Source: an uncultured Planctomycetales bacterium (lineage in GTDB: Bacteria > Planctomycetota > Phycisphaerae > UBA1845 > PWPN01). Taken from it: DNA of 13,827 nt. The DNA lies in NCBI GenBank assembly GCA_964455315.1, contig CAYVVX010000055.1, positions 1 through 13,827 of the forward strand, written 5' to 3'. Positions 1 through 8,047 of this stretch are shown here, one piece after another (within the stretch, counting starts at the first letter, position 1; every line of letters starts with the position of its first letter). The position numbers and the translations under genes were made by a program. The notes beneath the pieces were generated by a model, which was given only the letters and a program-made list of their open reading frames with translations, did no database searches and was not told where the DNA came from.

Positions 1-477
1 GAGTTCAACAGCATCCCCTTCGACCTGGGTACGGTGGGGATGGCGAGGTCACCGCGCGATCCCGACTCGGCCAGTTCGCAGTTCTTCATCTGTCTCGGCC
101 GCCAGCCGCTGTTCGACGGGAACCAGACCGCGTTCGGCTACCTGGTGGGCAACGAGTCGTTCGAGACCATGCGCCGGATTCAGGCCGTGCCGACCGGTCC
201 GGGTGATCGCCCGCTCAAGCCGGTCTTCATCCGTGCCGTCTCCCTGGAGAACGTGCCTCCACCGCACCTGGATCGCAAGGACGCCCCGGCGCTGTCCTCC
301 GGCAGCACCCACGTCGGGCTGGACCCGGTCGGGTCCGCGAATGGAGGCCGTCTGCCGTCGTCGTCGGTCGGCCCGGCGGAGATCAAGCCGGACGATGACG
401 ATCTGAACGCCTGGAGCCTGTCCGCGGTGCTGAAACCCTCCTCACGGCCTGCCGAGGATGATCAATCGTCCCCTTGA
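1..477 (+). CDS. Cyclophilin-type peptidyl-prolyl cis-trans isomerase, 5'-truncated by the window edge, with a low-complexity C-terminal extension of about 65 aa
   Basis: Frame 1 reads from base 1 with no start codon. It has the conserved cyclophilin C-terminal core (…SMAN/R-G-P-xx-GSQFFI… then FG.V..G…V..I). After the domain end (…IRAVSLENV) the ORF continues through a P/S/D-rich tail to a stop at 475-477. Confidence 0.8.
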   Translation, partial: EFNSIPFDLGTVGMARSPRDPDSASSQFFICLGRQPLFDGNQTAFGYLVGNESFETMRRIQAVPTGPGDRPLKPVFIRAVSLENVPPPHLDRKDAPALSSGSTHVGLDPVGSANGGRLPSSSVGPAEIKPDDDDLNAWSLSAVLKPSSRPAEDDQSSP

Positions 478-553
478 GATCGCTTTAGTTCTCAGAAATG
501 GCATGTCCGCGACCGGGTAGCGCGTTGGGCCCGGTGCCCTGGTGCCCTTTCGG

Positions 554-582
554 TTGACATGTGCCGCCCGGCCAGCTAAAGT
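554..582 (+). promoter_or_regulatory. Candidate sigma70-type promoter for the asnO operon (TTGACA-N17-TAAAGT)
   Basis: A perfect -35 TTGACA lies at 554-559, a 17-bp spacer follows, and a -10-like TAAAGT lies at 577-582. It sits in the 300-bp intergenic region upstream of the GTG start at 780, implying a 5' leader of about 190 nt. Confidence 0.35.
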
Positions 583-779
583 GTCGTGTGCTAAGCATTT
601 GGGCGCGGTGCTGCGCCGGGACATCGGAGTCCCCTGCCTGGAAGTGGTCTGGTCCCGCCGGACCCTCCGGGGACTGCTCCTCCGTGGCTGTTGGCGCAGC
701 CGCCGGGAGCTGTGGCCGGCACCGGGCATGATGATTCCCTTACTACGTCAGCCAATCAACCTGAAAGTGAGCCCCATCC

Positions 780-2552
780 GTGTGTGGTATCTGTGGTGAC
801 ATCGTTTTTACCGCCGGCGGCGCCTCCACGGCGGCGGTGGGGCGGATGATGGAGGTGATGAGCCCGCGCGGCCCGGACGGCTTTGGAAGCTTCTCCCAGT
901 CAAGAGTGGCACTGGGGCACCGGCGGCTGAAGATTATTGACTTGAGCGAGCATGCCCAGCAGCCGATGGTGGATAGTGCCCTGGGGCTGGCGGCGGTCTA
1001 CAACGGAGCCATTTATAACTACCAGTCGCTGCGCTCGGAGCTCGAGGGCAAGGGCTACCGGTTCTTTTCGACCGGCGACACGGAGGTGATTCTCAAGGCC
1101 TACCATGCCTGGGGATCGCGCTGCGTGGAGCGCTTCAACGGCATGTTCGCCTTCGCGGTGTGGGAGCGGGACAGCGGCACGGTGATGCTGGCCCGGGACC
1201 GGCTGGGGATCAAGCCGCTGTACTACGCGGAGACCGCCGACGGCCTGCGCTTCACTTCGAGCCTGCCGGCGATCATCGCCGGAGGCGGGGTGGACACCTC
1301 CATCGATCCGGTGGCGCTCCACCACTACCTGACCTTCCACTCGGTGGTACCCCCGCCGCACACCATCCTGCGCGGCGTGCGCAAGCTTCCGCCGGCCACT
1401 CTCCTGACCCTGCGCGCCGACGGATCGCGGCGGGAGGAAACCTACTGGCGCCCGCGCTTCGAGCCGGATGCCGAGGAACGCAGCTACACGCTCGATGACT
1501 GGAAGCGGCGGCTGCTGGACGAACTGGGCAAGGCCATCAGCCGGCGCATGGTGGCCGATGTCCCCGTGGGCGTCCTGTTGTCCGGCGGGGTGGATTCGAG
1601 CCTGGTGGTGGGCATGCTGGCCAACGCGGGCCAGCAGGGCCTGGAGACGTTCTCGATCGGCTTCGAGAGCGTCAACGACGAGAAAGGCGACGAGTTCCAG
1701 TACTCCGATGTGATTGCCGAGCGGTTTTCGACGCGGCATCATCGCATCCGGGTGGACTCGGACCGGGTGCTTCCGGCGCTGGAGGCGTGCGTGCGATCGA
1801 TGAGCGAGCCGATGGTCAGCCATGACTGCATCGGGTTCTACCTGCTCAGCCAGGAGGTCAGCCGGCATGTCAAGGTGGTCCAGAGCGGCCAGGGGGCGGA
1901 TGAGGTCTTCGCTGGCTACCACTGGTACCCGCCGATGATGGACAGCGGTGATGCCGTCGGCGACTACGCCCGGGTTTTCTTCGATCGCGACCATGCCGAC
2001 TACACCCGGGCGGTGGCTCCGGGCCTGGCCGGCAGGGATCACAGCACCGCGTTTGTCGCCGAGCATTTTGCCGCGGACGGCGCCCCGGCGGCCGTGGACA
2101 AGGCCCTGCGGATCGACACCACGGTCATGCTGGTCGACGACCCGGTCAAGCGGGTGGACAACATGACCATGGCCTGGGGGCTCGAGGCCAGGGTGCCGTT
2201 CCTGGATCACGAACTGGTGGAGATGTCGGCCCGCATCCCCGCGGAATTCAAGGTCAGGAAGGGCGGCAAGCACGTTCTCAAGGAAGCCGCCAGAGAGGTT
2301 ATTCCCTCCGAGGTCATCGACCGGCCCAAGGGCTATTTCCCGGTGCCCGCTCTGAAGTACCTGCGCGGGCCCTACCTGGAGCGGGTGCGGGACGTGCTCA
2401 ACGCTCCGGCCGCGAGGGAGCGGGCGCTGTTCAATCGGGCGTACGTGGACGAACTGCTGATTTCTCCGGAGGACGGCATTACTCCACTGGGCGGCTCGAA
2501 GTTGTGGCAGGTCGCCCTGCTGGAGTACTGGCTGCAGGTGCAGGGACTATGA
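780..2552 (+). CDS. asnO: Asparagine synthetase-family glutamine amidotransferase (class II/Ntn, N-terminal Cys); NAGGN-cluster amidotransferase AsnO-like
   Basis: The GTG start is immediately followed by Cys (MCGICGD…), the obligatory Ntn nucleophile. An AsnB-like glutaminase domain (RRLKIIDL, YNGAIYNY, GMFAFAVWE) is followed by a PP-loop synthetase domain (SGGVDSS). It is 590 aa. Its stop overlaps the next gene's start (ATGA). Confidence 0.9.
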   Translation: MCGICGDIVFTAGGASTAAVGRMMEVMSPRGPDGFGSFSQSRVALGHRRLKIIDLSEHAQQPMVDSALGLAAVYNGAIYNYQSLRSELEGKGYRFFSTGDTEVILKAYHAWGSRCVERFNGMFAFAVWERDSGTVMLARDRLGIKPLYYAETADGLRFTSSLPAIIAGGGVDTSIDPVALHHYLTFHSVVPPPHTILRGVRKLPPATLLTLRADGSRREETYWRPRFEPDAEERSYTLDDWKRRLLDELGKAISRRMVADVPVGVLLSGGVDSSLVVGMLANAGQQGLETFSIGFESVNDEKGDEFQYSDVIAERFSTRHHRIRVDSDRVLPALEACVRSMSEPMVSHDCIGFYLLSQEVSRHVKVVQSGQGADEVFAGYHWYPPMMDSGDAVGDYARVFFDRDHADYTRAVAPGLAGRDHSTAFVAEHFAADGAPAAVDKALRIDTTVMLVDDPVKRVDNMTMAWGLEARVPFLDHELVEMSARIPAEFKVRKGGKHVLKEAAREVIPSEVIDRPKGYFPVPALKYLRGPYLERVRDVLNAPAARERALFNRAYVDELLISPEDGITPLGGSKLWQVALLEYWLQVQGL

Positions 2553-4330
2553 GCACATCAACGGGACGAAACACGCGCAGGCGCGGCGGCAGCCACCGCC
2601 TGGATCGTCAAAAGGGCCCCTCGCTGCGAAGCTGGGAGCAACCCATCTCGCCGCTGGCCGACCACATGGCCCGCGACGCGGTGGTCGACCTGGGCTGGGG
2701 CCGGCTGATCTTCGGCCACACCTTCGAGAGCAACGAGTGCCTGGCCAGGACGCTGGCCTCGGAGCAGCCCGGCCGGCGCGACGTGGCCTGGTATCTCCGC
2801 GACCCGCACGTGGTTCTGTCAATCCTTCCGCAGGATCTCTTTCTCGACCCGTCCCACACCTATCGGCTGTGGGGGCACCAGTACCGAGCCTCGGGGAAGA
2901 CGGCGAACGGCTTCCTGGTCCGGCGTATCCGCAGCCGCGCGGATTCCGACGAGGTCAATCGGATCTACGCATCGCGGGGCATGGTGACCTGCGACGCGGA
3001 CTTCATGCTCGACAAGCGGGCCAGCAAGCTGCGCACCTACCTGGTGGCGGAACGCATCCCGGATCGGCGCATCCTGGGGACGGTCACGGGTATCGATCAC
3101 GTGGAGGCGTTCAACGATCCGGAGAACGGCGCCAGCCTGTGGTGCCTGGCCGTGGATGCCCAGGCGGACAGTCCAGGGGTCGGCGAACACCTGCTCCGGC
3201 ACCTGGTCGAGCACTACCTGGCCCGCGGACGAGCCCACGTGGATCTCTCGGTGATGCATGACAACTCGGAGGCCATTCGTCTCTATGAGAAGATCGGCTT
3301 CACCCGGGTGCCGGTCTTCTGCGTCAAGCGCAAAAACTCGTTCAATGAGCCGCTGTTCACGGCTCCCCGGCCGGAAGCGAAGCTCAATCCCTACGCAAAG
3401 ATCATCACCGATGAGGCGCGAAGGCGCGGCATTCGCGTGGAGATCATCGACGAGGAGGCCGGGTACTTCAATCTTCAGATGGGCGGTCGCAGCGTAATCT
3501 GCCGGGAATCACTGACTGAACTGACCACGGCGGTGGCAATGAGCCGCTGCGATGACAAGCGGGTGACCCGCCGGCTGTTCAAGTCCGCGGGGCTGCACGT
3601 CCCGGCTCAGCAATCCGCCGACGGGGGGGCAGGGGACGCGGCCTTTCTGGGCGAATACACCCGGGTGGTGGTCAAGCCGGCTCGCGGGGAACAGGGTGCC
3701 GGCATCAGCGTCGACGTTCGAGAAGAGCAGGAGCTGCGCCGCGCGGTGGATCTGGCTCGATCGGTCTGCCCGGAGGTCATCCTCGAGGAGATGGTTGACG
3801 GCCAGGATCTGCGCGTCATCGTGATCGACGACGAGGTGGTGGCCTCCGCCGTGCGGAAGCCGGCGATGATCACCGGAACCGGCGAACACACCGTCCGGGC
3901 CCTGCTCGAGAAGTACAACCGTCGCCGGGCCGCGGCGACCGGCGGCGAAAGCCGCGTGCCGTTGGATGACGAGACCCTGCGCTGCCTGCAGGTGCAGGGG
4001 TGCGCCTGGGACGACGTCCCCGCGGCCGGTCAGATGCTGCTGGCGCGCAAGACCGCCAACCTGCACACCGGGGGGACGATTCACGACGTCACCGGACAAC
4101 TGCACGGCGCGCTGCGCGAGGCGTCCGTTCGAGCGGCGCGGGCCATCGGTATTCCCGTGGTGGGGCTTGACCTGCTGGTGCCCGACGTCGGCAGGCCCGA
4201 CTACGTTCTGATCGAAGCCAACGAGCGGCCGGGACTGGCCAATCACGAACCGCAGCCGACGGCCGAGCGGTTCATTGATTTCCTGTTCCCACAGACGACA
4301 TCATCTCGGCCGGTTGACTCGGTCGATTGA
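2549..4330 (+). CDS. ngg: N-acetylglutaminylglutamine synthetase-like bifunctional protein (N-terminal GNAT acetyltransferase + C-terminal ATP-grasp ligase)
   Basis: ATG 2549-2551 overlaps the asnO stop TGA 2550-2552, which suggests translational coupling. The listed ORF's upstream M at 2504 lies inside asnO and is rejected. The GNAT region is …VTGIDHVEAF…WCLAVDAQ…GVGEHLLRHLVEHY…AIRLYEKIGF. The ATP-grasp region is …VVVKPARGEQGAGISV…LEEMVDGQDLRVIVIDDEVV…LIEANERPG. It is about 593 aa, as expected for Ngg. Confidence 0.85.
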   Translation: MSTSTGRNTRRRGGSHRLDRQKGPSLRSWEQPISPLADHMARDAVVDLGWGRLIFGHTFESNECLARTLASEQPGRRDVAWYLRDPHVVLSILPQDLFLDPSHTYRLWGHQYRASGKTANGFLVRRIRSRADSDEVNRIYASRGMVTCDADFMLDKRASKLRTYLVAERIPDRRILGTVTGIDHVEAFNDPENGASLWCLAVDAQADSPGVGEHLLRHLVEHYLARGRAHVDLSVMHDNSEAIRLYEKIGFTRVPVFCVKRKNSFNEPLFTAPRPEAKLNPYAKIITDEARRRGIRVEIIDEEAGYFNLQMGGRSVICRESLTELTTAVAMSRCDDKRVTRRLFKSAGLHVPAQQSADGGAGDAAFLGEYTRVVVKPARGEQGAGISVDVREEQELRRAVDLARSVCPEVILEEMVDGQDLRVIVIDDEVVASAVRKPAMITGTGEHTVRALLEKYNRRRAAATGGESRVPLDDETLRCLQVQGCAWDDVPAAGQMLLARKTANLHTGGTIHDVTGQLHGALREASVRAARAIGIPVVGLDLLVPDVGRPDYVLIEANERPGLANHEPQPTAERFIDFLFPQTTSSRPVDSVD

Positions 4331-4345
4331 GGGTCTTGTATCCAC

Positions 4346-5458
4346 ATGGCCAAGAAGCTTCCCATTGATACGAACTACCTGGCGGACGTCCTGGTCCGAC
4401 TCCTGAATATTCCCAGCCCCAGCGGGTACACCAACAACGTCGTCCGGTTTCTGTGCGAAGAGCTGCGCTCCCTGGGCATCGGGGTGGAGCTGACCCGGCG
4501 GGGTGCTGTTCGGGCCACCCTGAAAGGCAGGCAGGCCCATCCGGGCCGTGCGGTGGTATCGCACCTGGATACGCTGGGGGCGGTGGTGACCCAGCTCAAG
4601 GACAACGGGCGGCTGGCAGTTCTGCCCGTCGGCACCTGGTCCAGCCGTTTCGCGGAGGGGGAACGGGTGACGGTTTTCACCGACGAGACCAGCTATCGCG
4701 GCACGGTGCTGCCGCTCAAGGCCTCCGGGCATGTCTACAACGAGGGGATCGACTCGCAGCCGGTGTCCTGGGACCAGGTGGAGGTGCGGATCAACGAGCG
4801 GTCCATGACCGGGGAGGATCTGGCGGCACTGGGCTTTCGCGTGGGCGACATGGTTGCGTTCGACGCCCGCCCGGAAGTTGCCTCCAGTGGGTTCATCTGC
4901 TCGCGGCACCTGGACGACAAGGCCGGCGTGGCCTGCATGCTGACCGCGGCGCGAACCATCGTCCAGGCGGGCATCGAGTTGCCGCTCAACTGCTACCTGC
5001 TGTTCACCATTTTCGAGGAGGTGGGCACCGGTGCTTCGGCGGTGCTTCACGGTGACGTGGCCGAGCTGGTGGCGGTGGACAATGCGACGCCGGCACCGGG
5101 ACAGAACTCGACCGAGCTGGACGTGACCTTCGCGATGATGGACTCGACCGGTCCGTTCGACTACCACCTGACCCGCCGGCTGCTGGACCTGGCCAAGGAG
5201 TACGAGATTCCCCATCGCCGGGACGTGTTCCGGTATTATCGCTGCGACGCGGCGTCGGCGGTCGAGGCGGGCAACGACATCCGCACCGCGCTGGTCTGTT
5301 TCGGCGTTGATTCCTCGCACGGCTACGAGCGGACTCACTTGGACGGGCTGGCCCATCTGACCCAACTGCTGATGGTCTACGTGCAGACGGGACTGACCTT
5401 TCCCCGCGATGCGGTGGATCTCGGCCCGGTCGAGGGATTCCCGGAGCAGCCGATGTGA
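4346..5458 (+). CDS. M42-family metallopeptidase (glutamyl aminopeptidase-like, FrvX/YsdC family), as found in NAGGN clusters
   Basis: ATG lies 15 bp after the ngg stop, with GAGGG upstream. M42 hallmarks are present: HLDTLGAVVT…NGRL (like the AHMDEIG motif), SRHLDDKAGV, FEEVG, VDNAT and a C-terminal SSHGYERTH. It is 370 aa. Confidence 0.85.
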   Translation: MAKKLPIDTNYLADVLVRLLNIPSPSGYTNNVVRFLCEELRSLGIGVELTRRGAVRATLKGRQAHPGRAVVSHLDTLGAVVTQLKDNGRLAVLPVGTWSSRFAEGERVTVFTDETSYRGTVLPLKASGHVYNEGIDSQPVSWDQVEVRINERSMTGEDLAALGFRVGDMVAFDARPEVASSGFICSRHLDDKAGVACMLTAARTIVQAGIELPLNCYLLFTIFEEVGTGASAVLHGDVAELVAVDNATPAPGQNSTELDVTFAMMDSTGPFDYHLTRRLLDLAKEYEIPHRRDVFRYYRCDAASAVEAGNDIRTALVCFGVDSSHGYERTHLDGLAHLTQLLMVYVQTGLTFPRDAVDLGPVEGFPEQPM

Positions 5459-7068
5459 TCCGTTCGCCGGTACCAGGCCGACCAGCGGGGGCAGGTCGTC
5501 GATCGGGGGGTGCCTGTGTCATCGCTGTACTCGTGCTGATGTGCTGCGGCTGCGAACGGGAAAGCGAAGGTATTCCGAGCACTCTGCCGGCCCAGGCGAC
5601 ACCGCGGAAGGGCGGCGAACTCATCGTCGCGCTGCAGTCCGAAGGTACCAGCCTCGATCCCCACGCGGTGACCGACGCCGCCTCCATGCGACTCATCGAG
5701 AACATGCACGCCACCCTCTTGCGCTATGCGCAGGACTACGGTGAGACGGAGCCGGACCTCGCCCGGCGCATCGATCTGTCGGCGGACGGTCTTCAGGTAA
5801 CCATCCACCTGCGGCCGGGGGCGCGGTTCCATTCCGGCCGCGAAGTTGCGGCGGAGGATGTCATCTTTTCCATCGAGCGGATTCGCCGGTTGCGGGTGCG
5901 CGCGGATCAGTTCGCGGCCGTCGAGCGGATGGATGCTCCTGATCCACATACCGTGCGGCTGTATCTGTCCCGACCGGCGGCGCCGCTGATGATAAGCCTG
6001 TCGAATCCGATGAACGCCATCGTCGACGCGGAACTGGTCAAGCAGGCCGACGATCGATTCGACAGCGTCGACGCCGGCGCCGGCCCGTTTCAACTGGTGG
6101 AGTGGCGTCGCGGCCGGCATCTGAAGCTGAAACGGTTCGACGGCTACTACCTGCCCGATCGCCCTCGCCTGGATCGGCTGGTGTACCGCCCGATCGCCGA
6201 CGAAACCTCGCGGTCGACCGCACTGCTGACCGGACAGGTGCATCTCATGCCCGACGTGCCGGTGCAGGACGTGGACAGTCTCAGGGCCGCGCCGGGCGTT
6301 GAGGTCCGCTCGGTGTCGGGCACGTTCTGGGAGTACATCGGGCTGAACACCCGGCGGCCTCCGCTCGACGACGCCCGCGTGCGCCAGGCGGTGGCCTGGG
6401 CGATCGATCGCGAGCTGCTCAATCGGCTGGTCAAGTTCGGCCACGCGACCGTACTGTCCGGTGGACACATTCCCCCGAACCACTGGGCCCGCGCCGAGTT
6501 CGAACTCTATCCGCGGCGGGACATCGAGCGGGCCAGGGGTCTGCTGGCCGATGCGGGCCTGCCGGAGGGCTTCGACGCGACGCTGAAGGTGGGATCGTCG
6601 TTTCCCTATCAGGTGCTGGCGGCCGAGGCCATCAAGCAGATGGTCGCCGAAGCGGGCATCCGCGTGCATCTTCGCAGCCTGGAGTCGAGCGTGTTTTTCG
6701 ACGCACTGGCTCGTGGCGATTTTGACATGACCGTGGTCGGCTGGGTGGGCCTGGTCGATCCGGACGAGTGGACCTGGAACCTGTTTCACAGCGAGGGCAA
6801 ATGGAACCAGCAGGGGTATGCGAATCCGGTGCTCGACGGGCTGCTCGATGAAGGACGGCGCACACCTGGCCGTGAGGATCGCCGCGACCTGTACGCGCGG
6901 GCCCAGCGGATCATCGCCGATGATGCCCCGATGGTATTCCTCTACGTGAATGACCAGATCGCGGCCATGCGCCGGGACGTGCGCGGGTTCGAGCCGCACG
7001 CGACGGCGTCGCTGCTTGCGCTGCGCGACGTGTGGCTGGCCAGTCCATCGCCGGCGGAGGCGCGCTGA
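5455..7068 (+). CDS. ABC transporter substrate-binding protein, family 5 (peptide/nickel/opine; DppA/OppA-like), with probable signal/lipoprotein peptide
   Basis: ATG 5455-5457 overlaps the M42 stop TGA 5456-5458. The N-terminus has a basic n-region (…GAGRRSGG), a hydrophobic h-region (ACVIAVLVLM) and a Cys cluster (CCGC). The mature part (GGELIVALQSEGTSLDPH…) is typical of cluster-C SBPs. It is 537 aa. Confidence 0.8.
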   Translation: MIRSPVPGRPAGAGRRSGGACVIAVLVLMCCGCERESEGIPSTLPAQATPRKGGELIVALQSEGTSLDPHAVTDAASMRLIENMHATLLRYAQDYGETEPDLARRIDLSADGLQVTIHLRPGARFHSGREVAAEDVIFSIERIRRLRVRADQFAAVERMDAPDPHTVRLYLSRPAAPLMISLSNPMNAIVDAELVKQADDRFDSVDAGAGPFQLVEWRRGRHLKLKRFDGYYLPDRPRLDRLVYRPIADETSRSTALLTGQVHLMPDVPVQDVDSLRAAPGVEVRSVSGTFWEYIGLNTRRPPLDDARVRQAVAWAIDRELLNRLVKFGHATVLSGGHIPPNHWARAEFELYPRRDIERARGLLADAGLPEGFDATLKVGSSFPYQVLAAEAIKQMVAEAGIRVHLRSLESSVFFDALARGDFDMTVVGWVGLVDPDEWTWNLFHSEGKWNQQGYANPVLDGLLDEGRRTPGREDRRDLYARAQRIIADDAPMVFLYVNDQIAAMRRDVRGFEPHATASLLALRDVWLASPSPAEAR

Positions 7069-8009
7069 TGGCGGCGTACCTGCTGCGGCGGCTGGGGAGT
7101 TCGCTGGTCGTGTTGCTGGGGTTGTCGCTGCTGGCGTTTGCCCTGGTGCGACTGGCCCCGGGCGACACGGTCACGGCGATGCTGGGTGTGCATCACAACC
7201 CGTCCGATGCCGAAGCACTGCGCGAGCGGTACGGCCTGGATAAGCCGCTGCCCGTGCAATACGGCATCTGGCTGTCGCGCGTGGCCCGGGGCGACTTCGG
7301 GCGCAGCATCAGCGGGCGTGCGGTGGTGGCGGAACTGGGTGACGCCCTGCCGGTGACGCTCGAATTGATGCTGCTGAGCCTGGGCTTTGCCGTGGCGGTG
7401 GGTCTGCCGCTGGGGGTGCTCGCGGCGTTGCGCCGCAACCGCCCGGCGGACCTGGTTGCGACCTTCGCGGGACTGGTGGGCATCTCCATCCCGGGCTTCT
7501 GGCTGGGTACGCTGCTGATCCTGCTGTTCGCGCTGATGCTCCGCTGGCTGCCGGCCGGTCAGTTCGTCGACGCCGACGTCGATCTCGCTGCCAACCTCCG
7601 GCACATGGTCCTGCCGGGGCTGGCGCTGGGGACGGCGGTGGCGGCCGTGATCATGCGCATGACACGGGCGTCGATGCTGGAGGTGATCCGGCAGGATTAC
7701 GTGCGGACGGCGCAGGCCAAGGGGCTGCCGCGGAGAAGCGTTGTATTCAAGCATGCCCTCCGCAACGCCGTGATCCCGGTGTTGACGGTGGTCGGGATCC
7801 AGGCCGGGTACCTGCTCGGCGGGTCGGTGGTCATTGAGGAAGTGTTTTCGCTGAACGGCGTGGGCCGGCTGGCGCTGCGGGCGATCGGCAACCGCGACTA
7901 TCCGCTGCTTCAGACGGTGATTCTGATGATCGGCACCGCGTTCGTGCTGATCAATCTCACGGTGGATCTGGTGGTGGCATGGGTGGATCCGCGGATCAAG
8001 CGGGGCTAA
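7068..8009 (+). CDS. ABC transporter permease (DppB/OppB-like)
   Basis: ATG 7068 overlaps the SBP stop (TGATG). The N-terminus MAAYLLRRL… is typical of DppB. It has multiple TM segments and the EAA-like region …RTAQAKGLP…. The listed GTG start at 7032 lies inside the SBP gene and is rejected. Confidence 0.85.
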   Translation: MAAYLLRRLGSSLVVLLGLSLLAFALVRLAPGDTVTAMLGVHHNPSDAEALRERYGLDKPLPVQYGIWLSRVARGDFGRSISGRAVVAELGDALPVTLELMLLSLGFAVAVGLPLGVLAALRRNRPADLVATFAGLVGISIPGFWLGTLLILLFALMLRWLPAGQFVDADVDLAANLRHMVLPGLALGTAVAAVIMRMTRASMLEVIRQDYVRTAQAKGLPRRSVVFKHALRNAVIPVLTVVGIQAGYLLGGSVVIEEVFSLNGVGRLALRAIGNRDYPLLQTVILMIGTAFVLINLTVDLVVAWVDPRIKRG

Positions 8010-8047
8010 GGGCGGCGCGGCGCCCCCCCGGGCCGCGCGGGTGACGT

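Noticed and set aside
542-799. 85-aa + strand ORF spanning the asnO upstream region
   Set aside because: It lies inside the promoter/leader, runs into the asnO start in another frame, has no RBS, and its product is unremarkable.
900-2273. 457-aa minus-strand ORF opposite asnO. Similar long antisense ORFs occur at 4301-5365, 5377-6999, 6942-7754, 8372-9076, 10268-11335 and 12440-13372.
   Set aside because: All lie antisense to + strand genes with clear family-level homology. Their products are Arg/Pro/Gly/His-rich low-complexity sequences typical of stop-codon-poor frames in high-GC DNA, with no recognisable domains.
2504-2548. Upstream in-frame extension of ngg (the ORF-track start at 2504)
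   Set aside because: It would place 45 nt of ngg inside asnO. The ATG at 2549 overlapping the asnO stop (ATGA) gives the expected Ngg length and the classic coupled arrangement.
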